Made by a program: the position numbers and the translations under genes. From positions 1 through 64,000 of IMG/VR virus record IMGVR_UViG_3300033149_006357: a stretch of DNA of 64,000 nt; one strand, written 5' to 3'. How positions within the stretch are numbered: the stretch's first letter is position 1; each line of letters opens with the position of its first letter. The stretch comes from a virus. Under the pieces are notes generated by a model. That model saw only the letters and a program-made list of their open reading frames with translations, was not told the origin of the DNA and ran no database searches. Of this stretch, positions 45,380 to 55,645 are shown one piece after another.

Positions 45380-48300
45380 AAAACTTTCCCAAGCTCAATG
45401 ATCTTTTCCTCAAAGAATCGCGCAACGGGTTCCCACCTCAAATCTTGCAGTATATGAGATGACCGGTCTTTGAGGCGATCCGCAAGTCCAGAAGTATACT
45501 TGATATCCAGTATCGCGTTCGCAACATCGACCGGGTCGGCCAACAAGAGCTTCGCCCCAGAATGCCAGGTCGTCCAGTGCTTCGGCCTCACCATGTAGCA
45601 ATACTTTGAATGCACCTCCGACCTCACCATGCCATCCTCAACGGAGATCGTCGGTACGCCACATGCGGCCACCTCCAACGGAGGCAGACCGAACCCCTCC
45701 GCACTGCTCACATCGACATATGCATCCATCAGCCCATACCGCGTGATCATATCCAGGTTGTTGAAAATCGCGCCCCTCATCTGCGCCGATGGCGGCATGC
45801 TCAACAAATACTCGTCCAGTTCATCCCATCCGTTATACGGAACACCCTTCCACATATTCTCGAATTCGACCGGAAACAAGATATGTTTTGAAAGTGGCAG
45901 CCCAGTAAGCCTCTCCTCTCGCTCGATAATCCAGGGCAGATCCCATCCCTGCATAACATGGCGATTGTACTTTTTCGTGTGTAAATACAGGTATACATCA
46001 TCCTCGCCCCTCTCAAGCAATATCTTCACGGCCTCGATCAAGTACGGCTGCTGTTTGACGCGCTTGTTCGTCCCAACATTGCAAATCACAAACTTGCCAT
46101 CAAAGCCAACCAGCTTTCGGTATCTCGACCGCTTCTCCTCGGACAACGGCGCAAATGGCGCGTGATCCATGCCATGATACTGCCAAAAAACGCCAGTATC
46201 CTGACCAAATACTCTGTTTATTGCATCCACCCCGGACTTGCAATACGTCACGGCGACATTCACTTTCTCCACAAGCTGCACGGTCGGCTTGTTGATGCCA
46301 TCCCCCTCGACCGGGAAATACACGATCTTCGGAAGGGATCCCTGACCAAGCGCATCCAAAGACATCAGATGCGCCATAGCAGATCCGGGGTCGTAAAGCT
46401 CAAAATATACGTGTGGTTGAGCCCACCTCACAAACTCCGGCAGCATCTTATATCCCTGCAAATCATCCGGATGCATGGGGTAAAAATTGAACGGCAATTC
46501 GTCTTTCTTTGGCACATCCGTATCCATGATTCCAAATACGTACAGGTCAATATCGTCATTCTCGATAAGCCGCTTGTATATTTCGTTAACAACCACGCCG
46601 AAGCCGGTCGTCAACCTGGGGCTGTCCGCAACGGCCGCGACCCTGATCTTCCTCTTTGTAGTTATTACTTTGTTAACCTTTACCTCAAGCGCTAAACCGT
46701 TCACGCGATGGATCATATCGATAACCTGCGCAACATACCTCTCATCCGAATAAAACGAGTCGTCGGCGCACAAACTGACCCCAAACGCATCATCGCCCCA
46801 TGACGCAACATCCAATGTGATTTGCTTTAGCTCATCTACTGTTTTCCAGCGAAACCGATCCGGCACCGTTTCCCTGTGGCCACCAGCGTCAAACGCTATC
46901 GGCACACACCCAGCGCCCATGGCCTCCAATGGCACAAGGCCGAAATGCTCACACTCGTTCGGATAGTCTTTTCCATATATCCCCTTAAAGCACCAGACCA
47001 TCTTCGCCCCGCGATATAGAGACTCCAAATCGCCCTGAGGAATATCCTCGAGCAAAACGATATTATCAAGCCCTTTAATGCTACTGGCAATCAGCTCCTC
47101 ATACTCTGCAAACCTGCCCGTCTTTCCGCCAACGACGACGAGCTTCCAGCCATCCAGCTCCATCCTAACGAACTCATCGATTGCCGCAAGCGGGGCTTTA
47201 AACGGATCAAGCCGCCCAACAAACAGGATAATATTCTCTTTCTTGCCAGGGCCGTATTTCGGCACAGAATGGTAAACCGGAAAGACACAGCTCCGATCTA
47301 TGTTCCACCGCTTGCAAACCCATTCCGCTGTGAACTTTGAATTGGTCATGATCGCGCCGTAATCTTTTACATCTTTCAGCTTTCCGTCCGGGAAAAAGAT
47401 GTACGCGAGGTAGCGCCTTGCTTTCACCGGTTTGAACAACTCGTGACCCATAACGATGCACACATCGTACTCATCCAGCTCATCTCCCTCCTCGTACCTA
47501 AAACCAAACAAGGACTCACACTCATCCGGAGAATAATAAGCATCCGTGAAAACAGGATATGCATCGATCCCGTTTTCCTGCAACAGATGCACGAGCTGAT
47601 AAAACGATTTCTGTGCGCCACCCACACCGTGGCTGTGCTGACACCACACCGCAACGGTTGGTTTAAAATTGATCGCCCTAATCAAGGGCAGCCTCGATCT
47701 CCACTTTAAATTGTCCATGTACTGCGCCCTGCCGACATCCGCCGTCGCGCGTATCCCGCCAGATGCCTTGAGGTGTTGGCCAAACGCAGTCGGACAAATC
47801 ACAAGCCTCTTCCCCGCCAGAAACAGCCTGTATGTCCCATCGGTCTCCTCGCCATGCGCCACGCCCGGCGAGTACACCTCTGGCCACCCGCCGACCTCGC
47901 GCATGGCATCGGCATTATACAGACAATTCGAGTATATATGTTCGACTTCCTGAAAATCATCTAGATCATGGTACATCCTTTGTTGCCAATTTGAGTTCCG
48001 AAACCCAACTCGCCCGGAGATCTCATCTTTCTTGTCAAGAGGAACTACCCCTACATGCGACATATCATGAAATACATCATCGATATACTCCGACTCAAAC
48101 CACAACCCACCGACCGCATCGACCTTTTTGTCGATCGCGGTATTCACCATGCTTTCAAGAACACGTCTCGATAATATGATGTCGTCGTCGGCCCTGAATA
48201 TGTATTTGTACCCCCTAAATCTCGGATCGTAAAGCGGGATGTTGTGATTATGTGCCTGGGAAATATGAGATCCCTCGACAACAAAGACACCCCTGACAAG

Positions 48301-48504
48301 AGAGTGGAGGCCCAACAGAGCCTCTGTTGTTTTCGTCGCACCGACTTTCTCCGTTCCATCGTTGATAATAAGAATATCAAAATCCTGATACGTCTGCAAC
48401 AACAAAGACGCCAAAAGCCTACCCAAAATAGAATCCCGATTTTTCGTGCTAATCTCAACCAGAATACGCACAGTACGACCTCCAATGCTTTGAAAACGAA
48501 TCAA
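45376..48504 (-). CDS. triple glycosyltransferase (GT2 + two GT4-type domains)
   Basis: LIINDG and RADDD (GT-A); EHFGLVPLEAMGAG and EGFGLPPLEVAACG (two GT-B ExFGxxxxE motifs). Confidence 0.88.
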   Translation of the reverse strand: MIRFQSIGGRTVRILVEISTKNRDSILGRLLASLLLQTYQDFDILIINDGTEKVGATKTTEALLGLHSLVRGVFVVEGSHISQAHNHNIPLYDPRFRGYKYIFRADDDIILSRRVLESMVNTAIDKKVDAVGGLWFESEYIDDVFHDMSHVGVVPLDKKDEISGRVGFRNSNWQQRMYHDLDDFQEVEHIYSNCLYNADAMREVGGWPEVYSPGVAHGEETDGTYRLFLAGKRLVICPTAFGQHLKASGGIRATADVGRAQYMDNLKWRSRLPLIRAINFKPTVAVWCQHSHGVGGAQKSFYQLVHLLQENGIDAYPVFTDAYYSPDECESLFGFRYEEGDELDEYDVCIVMGHELFKPVKARRYLAYIFFPDGKLKDVKDYGAIMTNSKFTAEWVCKRWNIDRSCVFPVYHSVPKYGPGKKENIILFVGRLDPFKAPLAAIDEFVRMELDGWKLVVVGGKTGRFAEYEELIASSIKGLDNIVLLEDIPQGDLESLYRGAKMVWCFKGIYGKDYPNECEHFGLVPLEAMGAGCVPIAFDAGGHRETVPDRFRWKTVDELKQITLDVASWGDDAFGVSLCADDSFYSDERYVAQVIDMIHRVNGLALEVKVNKVITTKRKIRVAAVADSPRLTTGFGVVVNEIYKRLIENDDIDLYVFGIMDTDVPKKDELPFNFYPMHPDDLQGYKMLPEFVRWAQPHVYFELYDPGSAMAHLMSLDALGQGSLPKIVYFPVEGDGINKPTVQLVEKVNVAVTYCKSGVDAINRVFGQDTGVFWQYHGMDHAPFAPLSEEKRSRYRKLVGFDGKFVICNVGTNKRVKQQPYLIEAVKILLERGEDDVYLYLHTKKYNRHVMQGWDLPWIIEREERLTGLPLSKHILFPVEFENMWKGVPYNGWDELDEYLLSMPPSAQMRGAIFNNLDMITRYGLMDAYVDVSSAEGFGLPPLEVAACGVPTISVEDGMVRSEVHSKYCYMVRPKHWTTWHSGAKLLLADPVDVANAILDIKYTSGLADRLKDRSSHILQDLRWEPVARFFEEKIIELGKVF

Positions 48505-49411
48505 AATCGCAGTGAGATATAGCCCACTCTCTTGCCATGCCCACCTTGTACCTTCTATCCAATCTCCTCATGGCCTCCCTGACTGCATATGGCGAGATGT
48601 CATCCAGTATCTCGCCGCACCCGTCATCCATCTCGCATGCAAGGCCGGTCGTATATGTCACAAGCGGCACGTCGCACGCAAGAGCCTCCATCAACAGGTA
48701 CGCGTTGCCCTCGTGCCTTGTTGGCGCGATCAACATCTTTGCTTGCCCAAGACGCCTCGCCTCTCTGGTCATTCTTCCAGAAAACTCATTCATTGGGGCA
48801 ACTTCGATATCAAACAAATCATACAATGCACGAATTACGTCCGCCCCCTTCCTTGCGGACGTTGCCCCATGCATCAAAAGCTCGCCTCTCTCCTCTGGCG
48901 GCCTGTAAATGTCCAAAAATATGCCGTGATGAATAACCTCGACATCCTTATCGATCCCGGCGCGCCTCAGGTCATCCGCACAGTCCTTGCTCACGCAGAC
49001 GACATCGACGCTCTCATCGCTCCACAGATCGTGCTGGGCAAATACGTGGTCCATCCCAACCGCTTCGCCCCACGGATACACCTGAGACTGAAGCCACCTT
49101 CCAAAATACGAGCCATGAACAACGCTGATCAGGCGCCCGACTTTTCCCTGCAGGCCAGTACCCCAGTAACCATCCGCGATCACGATCGTGCTGTCATCGA
49201 CAATGCCGTTCTCCAGCAGGTACTCATTCAAAACGGCGGCGCACACATAATCCGGCTGCTTTACGTTGATCCACCCAGGGTAATCCGACCATGAGATCAA
49301 CTTGAGGTCCGGGACCGCCTTGGACAGATAATAGGCAAACTTCTCAACACCGCCACACTGTATACCGACCTTATCATTTCTCTTGTACTTTGATACGTGT
49401 ATGACATTCAT
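48455..49411 (-). CDS. GT4-family glycosyltransferase
   Basis: GGVEKF, VVHG, RKG, EGNAYLLMEALACDVP. Confidence 0.85.
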   Translation of the reverse strand: MNVIHVSKYKRNDKVGIQCGGVEKFAYYLSKAVPDLKLISWSDYPGWINVKQPDYVCAAVLNEYLLENGIVDDSTIVIADGYWGTGLQGKVGRLISVVHGSYFGRWLQSQVYPWGEAVGMDHVFAQHDLWSDESVDVVCVSKDCADDLRRAGIDKDVEVIHHGIFLDIYRPPEERGELLMHGATSARKGADVIRALYDLFDIEVAPMNEFSGRMTREARRLGQAKMLIAPTRHEGNAYLLMEALACDVPLVTYTTGLACEMDDGCGEILDDISPYAVREAMRRLDRRYKVGMAREWAISHCDFDSFSKHWRSYCAYSG

Positions 49412-49898
49412 CTTCGCTCCTTTCGGCAATAATCCACGCGGCCTTTTCGCCATTCCAATCCGGATCGATCATTATCCCATATACCACACACACCTCCTCG
49501 ATCTTGTACACCACCATAGACAAGTTGCACTTGTCCACGGGCACATACATAAACAGCCTGCCGCCGATTTTCAGTTTTGGGATCACGCTATCGACCGCAT
49601 CGCGCGGATGTACGTCATCCCATAGATCATCCAACAGGAAAGCGTTGTCTATAATCCCGTCCGCAGCGCCCTCTATATTCTTATTGATTATAATATCCAC
49701 CAACGTCGGATGATCGCGCGCAAGCAGCTTGACCTCGCGCGGCAAATCGCCGACAAGCACCGCATACTCGGCGCGAACGTTATGGTTTATAGCGATGTAT
49801 GGCCTATCTGTACGCGCAACCTGCATGCACAAACCCATTTCATCGCCCATAAAGTAGATAAAGTTTTTATCGTGCCAATACCATGTCTCTTTACCCAA
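49374..49898 (-). CDS. hypothetical protein, methyltransferase-like fold
   Basis: LKIGGRLFMYVP resembles a class I methyltransferase motif; no clear GxG. Confidence 0.45.
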   Translation of the reverse strand: MGKETWYWHDKNFIYFMGDEMGLCMQVARTDRPYIAINHNVRAEYAVLVGDLPREVKLLARDHPTLVDIIINKNIEGAADGIIDNAFLLDDLWDDVHPRDAVDSVIPKLKIGGRLFMYVPVDKCNLSMVVYKIEEVCVVYGIMIDPDWNGEKAAWIIAERSEDECHTRIKVQEK

Positions 49899-50943
49899 AG
49901 TACCCTAAACCTCCTAACCTGTAACCGACGACCAGGTTCTCCTCTTCTGCATCGTAGTCGATCCCGTACTGGCTACAATGCTGTCTCAGGCAGAACTCAC
50001 CCATCGTGGCAAGCTCATCGCCGCCAATGCCCCCGCGATTCTCGAGCTCTATCGATACGCGATCCCCGTCTATCTTGCGCACAAACTGCGACCCATCCCC
50101 AAACACCACACCCCTGTGCCTCATGCGTGGCGGAGTATCCCCGGCCTGGCACACGTATGGTTTCTCGAAATCGGCGAGATACAAATCCGTATCCAAAATG
50201 TGAGAGGCCAACAGGCTGTATACGCTGCCCGGGGAAAGCAGGGCATCGGGCGCCACAAGAACCCCCTTGTCGCTGTCGATGGCGCGAATCTCCCTATTAA
50301 CAATACACGGAACGTTCGTGAGAAAGTCATACAGCCCGAACCCATGCATTTTGATCCCGCGATCACCCAGACCCTCTCCGTGATCTGCGACTATGATTAT
50401 CAGCGTGTTCTCCAGATCGATAGTCCACAAGAAATCCTGCATGGCAGAATCCACATATGCGGCCGCAGTGTCATACGACCCGCCAGTATATTCTGTATGC
50501 ATATCGTCCGTATGAACAACCACAAACCACGGGGCACCAGAGAACTTATTGATGATGTTTCCGGCAGCCCCGAATATGTCCATCCCAAGCCAACCCCTGC
50601 AATCGACATATACGTCCACGCCTCTCCTGTACCACCTGCTCAGGTTGGATACAAACCCAGTCCTGTACCCGGCAGTCTTCGCAAGCTGCGACAGCATTTC
50701 CACACCATCCGGAATTCTATAATCTCGAATTTCATACATCATAGAATACAAACCCAATTCATCCGGATGGCATCCACTCAGCATGTGCGTCATCGCAGGG
50801 TCCGTGCAATGGCTGGTCGACCAGTAATTCGTGAACAGTGTGCCGTAATCCTCCGCAAAAGAGCACAAGAACGGCATCTTGCTCGGTCGAACGCGATCCA
50901 GCCGCAAACAATCAACTACAATCAAAAGGGCAGAGCTAAGCAT
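49891..50943 (-). CDS. alkaline-phosphatase-superfamily (sulfatase-like) enzyme
   Basis: IVVDCLRLD, TDPAMTHMLSG, DMH, ADHGE, HG..LYD, C-terminal RLGGLGY. Confidence 0.8.
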   Translation of the reverse strand: MLSSALLIVVDCLRLDRVRPSKMPFLCSFAEDYGTLFTNYWSTSHCTDPAMTHMLSGCHPDELGLYSMMYEIRDYRIPDGVEMLSQLAKTAGYRTGFVSNLSRWYRRGVDVYVDCRGWLGMDIFGAAGNIINKFSGAPWFVVVHTDDMHTEYTGGSYDTAAAYVDSAMQDFLWTIDLENTLIIIVADHGEGLGDRGIKMHGFGLYDFLTNVPCIVNREIRAIDSDKGVLVAPDALLSPGSVYSLLASHILDTDLYLADFEKPYVCQAGDTPPRMRHRGVVFGDGSQFVRKIDGDRVSIELENRGGIGGDELATMGEFCLRQHCSQYGIDYDAEEENLVVGYRLGGLGYFG

Positions 50944-50944
50944 T

Positions 50945-51511
50945 TCATTTCCTTTCTAACAGAAATCTCCATTCCCCACCATGCTGTGGCCACGGCGGGG
51001 GATTGTTATAATCCACATCCTCATACTTTACGATTTTCAAATCGCAAAACAAAAAGTACCTCACCCAGGTCTGTCTGGGCAAGATACTCAAATGTGTCGA
51101 TTCCGAGTACGCGCCTTTCTCAAGTCTCGGCACAACGACGATGCAATACCGCGCCATCTTCCTCCATGCATCCAGCGCCACAACTGGAAACGGGGAATGC
51201 TCAAGCACGTGTCTCGCAAAAACAAGACCGAAATCACCGAATGCCTCGTGCATATCCATACAAACCACGTTCAGTCCGGCGGCAGACGCGTTTTCAAAAT
51301 CTTTCCCAATTGCAGTGCCGGTCCACTCATACCCAAGCACCTCGAATATCGGCTTGCAAAAACCAGACCCACATCCAACGTCCAGAACGGTCCGGCAGTC
51401 CAGATCTGGACACCACTTTTCTATCACGTCCCTTGCTAACCGTGTATGATTTGGATCTTGCGGCTGTGGTTTCGCAAACCCGATCTGCTTATCAACGAGA
51501 TGACTCAACAT
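50945..51511 (-). CDS. class I SAM-dependent methyltransferase
   Basis: VLDVGCGSG, MDMH, HVLEHSPFP. Confidence 0.85.
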   Translation of the reverse strand: MLSHLVDKQIGFAKPQPQDPNHTRLARDVIEKWCPDLDCRTVLDVGCGSGFCKPIFEVLGYEWTGTAIGKDFENASAAGLNVVCMDMHEAFGDFGLVFARHVLEHSPFPVVALDAWRKMARYCIVVVPRLEKGAYSESTHLSILPRQTWVRYFLFCDLKIVKYEDVDYNNPPPWPQHGGEWRFLLERK

Positions 51512-52061
51512 TTTTGACGAGCCTTACACTGATGTCCAACCCGCGCCTGACTACCATGTTATCCAGAACAAAACGCGTTCTGATACCATAGTCAGAGAAC
51601 CTGTCAACAAATGGCTCCCCACCTCTCAGGCAGAAATAATCAAAGCTTTTCTCCGAAAACCAATTTCTGTGTGTCGGGTCGCCAAATGCCCACGGACTCA
51701 AAAAATGCGGCACGCAATGCTCCGCTGCACCACCATTTTTCAGAACCCGCCACGTCTCATTCATAAAGTAGATGAAAGAATCCCTGGAAATGTGCTCAAG
51801 AAACTGGTTCGACTTGATCAAATCCACAGACTCGTCCGGCAACGGAATCCCGAACTCCAGATCGTAATAGATGTCGCAGTGATAATCCGCCGATGGATCC
51901 AGCCCGATCCAAATCTCGCTTTCATGTCCCGTACTTTTCCTGCCCGGGCCTAGCTCAACTACAATCCTATCGAGGCGCTTCCTCGCAACGATATCGTCAA
52001 ATACTCGTTTCAGCGGAAGCTCGCAAGCCACGACATTTGGCAAATTATATGGATAACTCAC
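51492..52061 (-). CDS. class I SAM-dependent methyltransferase
   Basis: VELGPG, FLEHI, WRVLKNGG, DPTH. Confidence 0.85.
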   Translation of the reverse strand: MSYPYNLPNVVACELPLKRVFDDIVARKRLDRIVVELGPGRKSTGHESEIWIGLDPSADYHCDIYYDLEFGIPLPDESVDLIKSNQFLEHISRDSFIYFMNETWRVLKNGGAAEHCVPHFLSPWAFGDPTHRNWFSEKSFDYFCLRGGEPFVDRFSDYGIRTRFVLDNMVVRRGLDISVRLVKNVESSR

Positions 52062-52381
52062 ATCAATCTCCTTGCCCTCAAAAACAAAAAGCGGTTCGTG
52101 CCAACGATAGCCCCCTCACCAAGAGACACATCCACCTTCACCGGGATAAAGTACACAAATGGATACTCCCTCAGCCTCAACAGGCTTGGCACGCCGCCCC
52201 CTCTGGATAAATGGTACTTGACTACCCGCTCCAATACCCTGTGCATATTCTTATCTGTAACAAAGTTGGCCCCAAATGCGCCCTCCAGCGACTCCTTCTC
52301 AATCCTATCCACAGGTATGCCACACACATTCACATAATTATCCCTGATCCCGCTCGCTATTCTCATTTTCCTCTTCCTCAT
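52058..52381 (-). CDS. hypothetical protein
   Basis: Coupled ORF. Confidence 0.5.
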   Translation of the reverse strand: MRKRKMRIASGIRDNYVNVCGIPVDRIEKESLEGAFGANFVTDKNMHRVLERVVKYHLSRGGGVPSLLRLREYPFVYFIPVKVDVSLGEGAIVGTNRFLFLRARRLM

Positions 52382-54356
52382 CGCTAAACGGATCGAAATC
52401 GATTCCGTAGATCATCGACCACTTTGCGCGCTCACTCTCCTTCCATGCCTGAATGTACTCGTCATCCTCCTCCAGGCTTTTCGGTGTGCCTTTAAGCATC
52501 CACTCAGTGTACCTTGAATTCCTGGACATTTTCATCGGCGGAAACTCGATGCTTTTCCCATCGTTGCTCGCGTGAACCATGTTGACCCATTTCCACGCCT
52601 TTTCGACATCGCCGTTGGATGCAACATACGCAAGGTACGACACATAGTTTACATATGGTCTGTACGACATATATTTGGCGGACCCAACCATATATGCCGA
52701 AAGCATATCCGTCATCGCCTCCTCGTATTTAAGGATGTTTTTGTCCTTCGTCAAAAACTTTGCGCCTCCTTTTCTCGCCCTTGAATGAATGATCTCATGT
52801 GTTATGACATAACGCGCAAATTCCTTGTTCTTGGACATCATCTTCCTGCCACGTTCTGTAAAAAATACCTTGCCCTCCTCCGGGCTCCAGAACCCAAGCG
52901 ACTTGTCTATCCCTGGATAATTTTTATACACAGAATCCTCCGCTTTGCCAAATCCAACCTTGTTGATCCCGGAAATCCTTGACGAGACGCCAGACAGCGT
53001 ATCATTAAACAGCCCAGAATCGACAGCGTATTCTTTGCTTGTGAACTTTCCCGCCTTATCATGGTACGGATTCGCAAGCTCCACTTCCTCGAGCGATTTG
53101 GCTTTGGCCATCTGCTCTACAAATGACAAGTCCGTATCGCCAAAGCCAGCCAGATCCTTTACGGTATCTTTTATCGCATTGATGATCGCCTTTTTCACGC
53201 TGACGGACACAGCCGTCAGGCCAGCCGCATGCACGGTATCGATAATAAAACGCCTCGACCTTACATCGCCGCGTTCTATTGTTCTCATCCCTGTGAGATC
53301 CGAGTAGCCGCCATGCGCGCCGCCGATCAGATCTGAAATGCGACCGGCGTTCCACCTGACATACGCATACACACCGATCGGCGAGATTCGCTTTCCGGTC
53401 TTCGCCGACAAATCGCGCGCGATCTCTGCCCACGAGGATCCATTCAAATGCTTTTCATCGGCCCACGCATTTGCCTTTCGCCTGTTACCATCGCCCATGT
53501 ACAGCGCTATTCTAGACACTGCATCAGACTGCTTTATATTCGCGGGATGCCGCGGGATCTTCATCTTCGACCCAATCAGCGACTCCGAAAGACCGTTTTC
53601 GAGACCGCTCCCGAATATTCTCGATAGGAACCCCTGTTTTCTAGCTCTCGGCCTGCCACGTACCATTCCATACGCTATAGTGCGCTTCACAAAGTCATCC
53701 TCTCTTTTTGTCCTGCGCTCCCTACGCAACAATCCGGCAACATATGGGTTCAAATGTATTCTCCTGGCACCAGGCTCACGAACAAACACGGCAGAGGACG
53801 AGAAACGGCGCTTGATACCAGATGCCAGCATGTAACTTGTTAAACTCTTATGGACCCTGACAACCGCATTCGGATTTCTAAGACCTTTTGGAACCCTCTT
53901 TGTCACATCCCTGATTACGCTTGCCGCACGACGGCGATCCTCTTTCGTATACCCCACCTCTCCAAGCGCACCCTCTCCAAGCACAACTGCGGCAGATGCA
54001 AGAAACTTTTTACTCTTTAACAGCTTTGCCGATTCCATACCAAGGTGTGTACCAAACGTTTTCCCAATAATGGTCACCGCATGCTTGATATCTGTAAACC
54101 TGCCAGCTATGTCATGGTAAGGATTTGCAAGATCGATAGACATTTCCACGTTGAGATTGACAGGCCCAGACGCGGCGGCGACCGTGGAATACGACATCAA
54201 AATCTCACGGACATCCTGCTCATCGAGGCCATACTTTGGAGCCATCTCAAACATTTTCTTGGCAAGACCCTCGATCACGGTCTCATCTTCTGCGCCCCTG
54301 ATCACATCTGCCAAGACGCCATCATCGTATTCAAGCGTTCTATTGGAGCCTGCCAT
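52338..54356 (-). CDS. virion-associated protein with two LANPYHD motifs, one degenerate and one intact HExxH domain
   Basis: LANPYHDIAGRFT and LANPYHDKAGKFT; THEIIH...YEEAMTD. Confidence 0.65.
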   Translation of the reverse strand: MAGSNRTLEYDDGVLADVIRGAEDETVIEGLAKKMFEMAPKYGLDEQDVREILMSYSTVAAASGPVNLNVEMSIDLANPYHDIAGRFTDIKHAVTIIGKTFGTHLGMESAKLLKSKKFLASAAVVLGEGALGEVGYTKEDRRRAASVIRDVTKRVPKGLRNPNAVVRVHKSLTSYMLASGIKRRFSSSAVFVREPGARRIHLNPYVAGLLRRERRTKREDDFVKRTIAYGMVRGRPRARKQGFLSRIFGSGLENGLSESLIGSKMKIPRHPANIKQSDAVSRIALYMGDGNRRKANAWADEKHLNGSSWAEIARDLSAKTGKRISPIGVYAYVRWNAGRISDLIGGAHGGYSDLTGMRTIERGDVRSRRFIIDTVHAAGLTAVSVSVKKAIINAIKDTVKDLAGFGDTDLSFVEQMAKAKSLEEVELANPYHDKAGKFTSKEYAVDSGLFNDTLSGVSSRISGINKVGFGKAEDSVYKNYPGIDKSLGFWSPEEGKVFFTERGRKMMSKNKEFARYVITHEIIHSRARKGGAKFLTKDKNILKYEEAMTDMLSAYMVGSAKYMSYRPYVNYVSYLAYVASNGDVEKAWKWVNMVHASNDGKSIEFPPMKMSRNSRYTEWMLKGTPKSLEEDDEYIQAWKESERAKWSMIYGIDFDPFSDEEEENENSERDQG

Positions 54357-54415
54357 AAAAAACCCCGCAAATCAGATTAGCCCGGCCCGAAACCATTCCT
54401 CTGTATAATCGGATA

Positions 54416-55645
54416 TCACCCGCGTATCGCATCCGTGGCATCCGACACGCCATCAGACCCGCCCATCCCTATCTCCTGCGCGGTGGCCAGCACCGCACTT
54501 ATCAGCGCCCGCTTCGCTCTTGCGGCAACGTACACAGACGGTATGCCAGATGCGGCATATGCCCAAAAACGCCCCATGTTTATCTTGCCCTTTTCCCTTG
54601 GAATACCGGTAAGTTTGTTATAGCCGCCATCTGGGCTCCCGATAAGCTTGGCGAGCTTGCCGCGGCCATTTTTAACATAAGCGAAAACATGAAACGGCGA
54701 AACGTTCGTGCCAAGAGCGGCCGATAGATCCCTGGACACATCCATCCACCTGGACCCGGCAAGATGTTTGTCCTCGATCCATTTCATCGCCTTTGTCCTA
54801 CTTCCGCCAACCTTGAGCGCCATCGTCGATACGGCATCTGAATACGCCTTGTAACCAGGAGACCCCCAGCGCGTGTATTTCGACGATATGGTATCTGTAA
54901 ACCCTTCTTCGATCGACATACCAAGTACATACGAAAGCGCCCCCCTGCGCTTCGTGCGCCTTCTGGTGTGAACCAACTCATGGGCAACTGTGTGCTCGGC
55001 CCTCCTGCGCTCCAAATTGGTTTTGTCCTTCTTTCCAAGCAAATGCGAGATAAACGGGCTGATGTGCGCGTTGCGGTTTCCAAGCCTGGTCACAAAACCA
55101 AACGACAATATAGAAGTTGGGGACCCCCTCCCCGACACGACATACGACAGCTCGCCAGGATGGGTACGAACAACGGCTCTTGGATGCCTAAGACGCCCTG
55201 GAATCTTTTTGTAAACACCCTGCACCGACCTCTTTCGCTCCGCGCTGCTGCCAACCGATTGCACATTGCCGGCGACCTGCAAACCGAGCGCAGAATATAG
55301 AGCAGCGCGAAACATCTTGCTTTTCATCAGTTCCGCAGATTCTCTAATCATATTCTTGCCGAATGACACCCCGATGGCCACAACAGCATTTTTTGCATTA
55401 GTAAACCTTCCAAGCTCATCATGATATGGGTTTGCGAGCTTCCTCGTTTGATCCGCATGCACGATATGGCCATCCATATACGCTTCTTCTGCGGCAATAG
55501 AAAGCTGGAAAAGCGCCTCCGATCTGGTAATGCCAGCTTTCTCTGTGGCCTCCATTGCTTTCAAAAAGAAATTGTATACATCTCTTGGGCTTTTCGTTCC
55601 CCTAAGAAAAAGCACAACGTCTTCTCTACTCATCTTTCCCTCCAA
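54416..55645 (-). CDS. virion-associated LANPYHD-motif HExxH metallopeptidase-like protein
   Basis: LANPYHDELGRFT; AHELVH...IEEGFTD; paralog of the first half of 52338..54356. Confidence 0.65.
   Translation of the reverse strand: MEGKMSREDVVLFLRGTKSPRDVYNFFLKAMEATEKAGITRSEALFQLSIAAEEAYMDGHIVHADQTRKLANPYHDELGRFTNAKNAVVAIGVSFGKNMIRESAELMKSKMFRAALYSALGLQVAGNVQSVGSSAERKRSVQGVYKKIPGRLRHPRAVVRTHPGELSYVVSGRGSPTSILSFGFVTRLGNRNAHISPFISHLLGKKDKTNLERRRAEHTVAHELVHTRRRTKRRGALSYVLGMSIEEGFTDTISSKYTRWGSPGYKAYSDAVSTMALKVGGSRTKAMKWIEDKHLAGSRWMDVSRDLSAALGTNVSPFHVFAYVKNGRGKLAKLIGSPDGGYNKLTGIPREKGKINMGRFWAYAASGIPSVYVAARAKRALISAVLATAQEIGMGGSDGVSDATDAIRG

Noticed and set aside
49978-51591. 537-aa + strand ORF
   Set aside because: Antisense shadow of the well-supported sulfatase-like and methyltransferase genes; no motifs.
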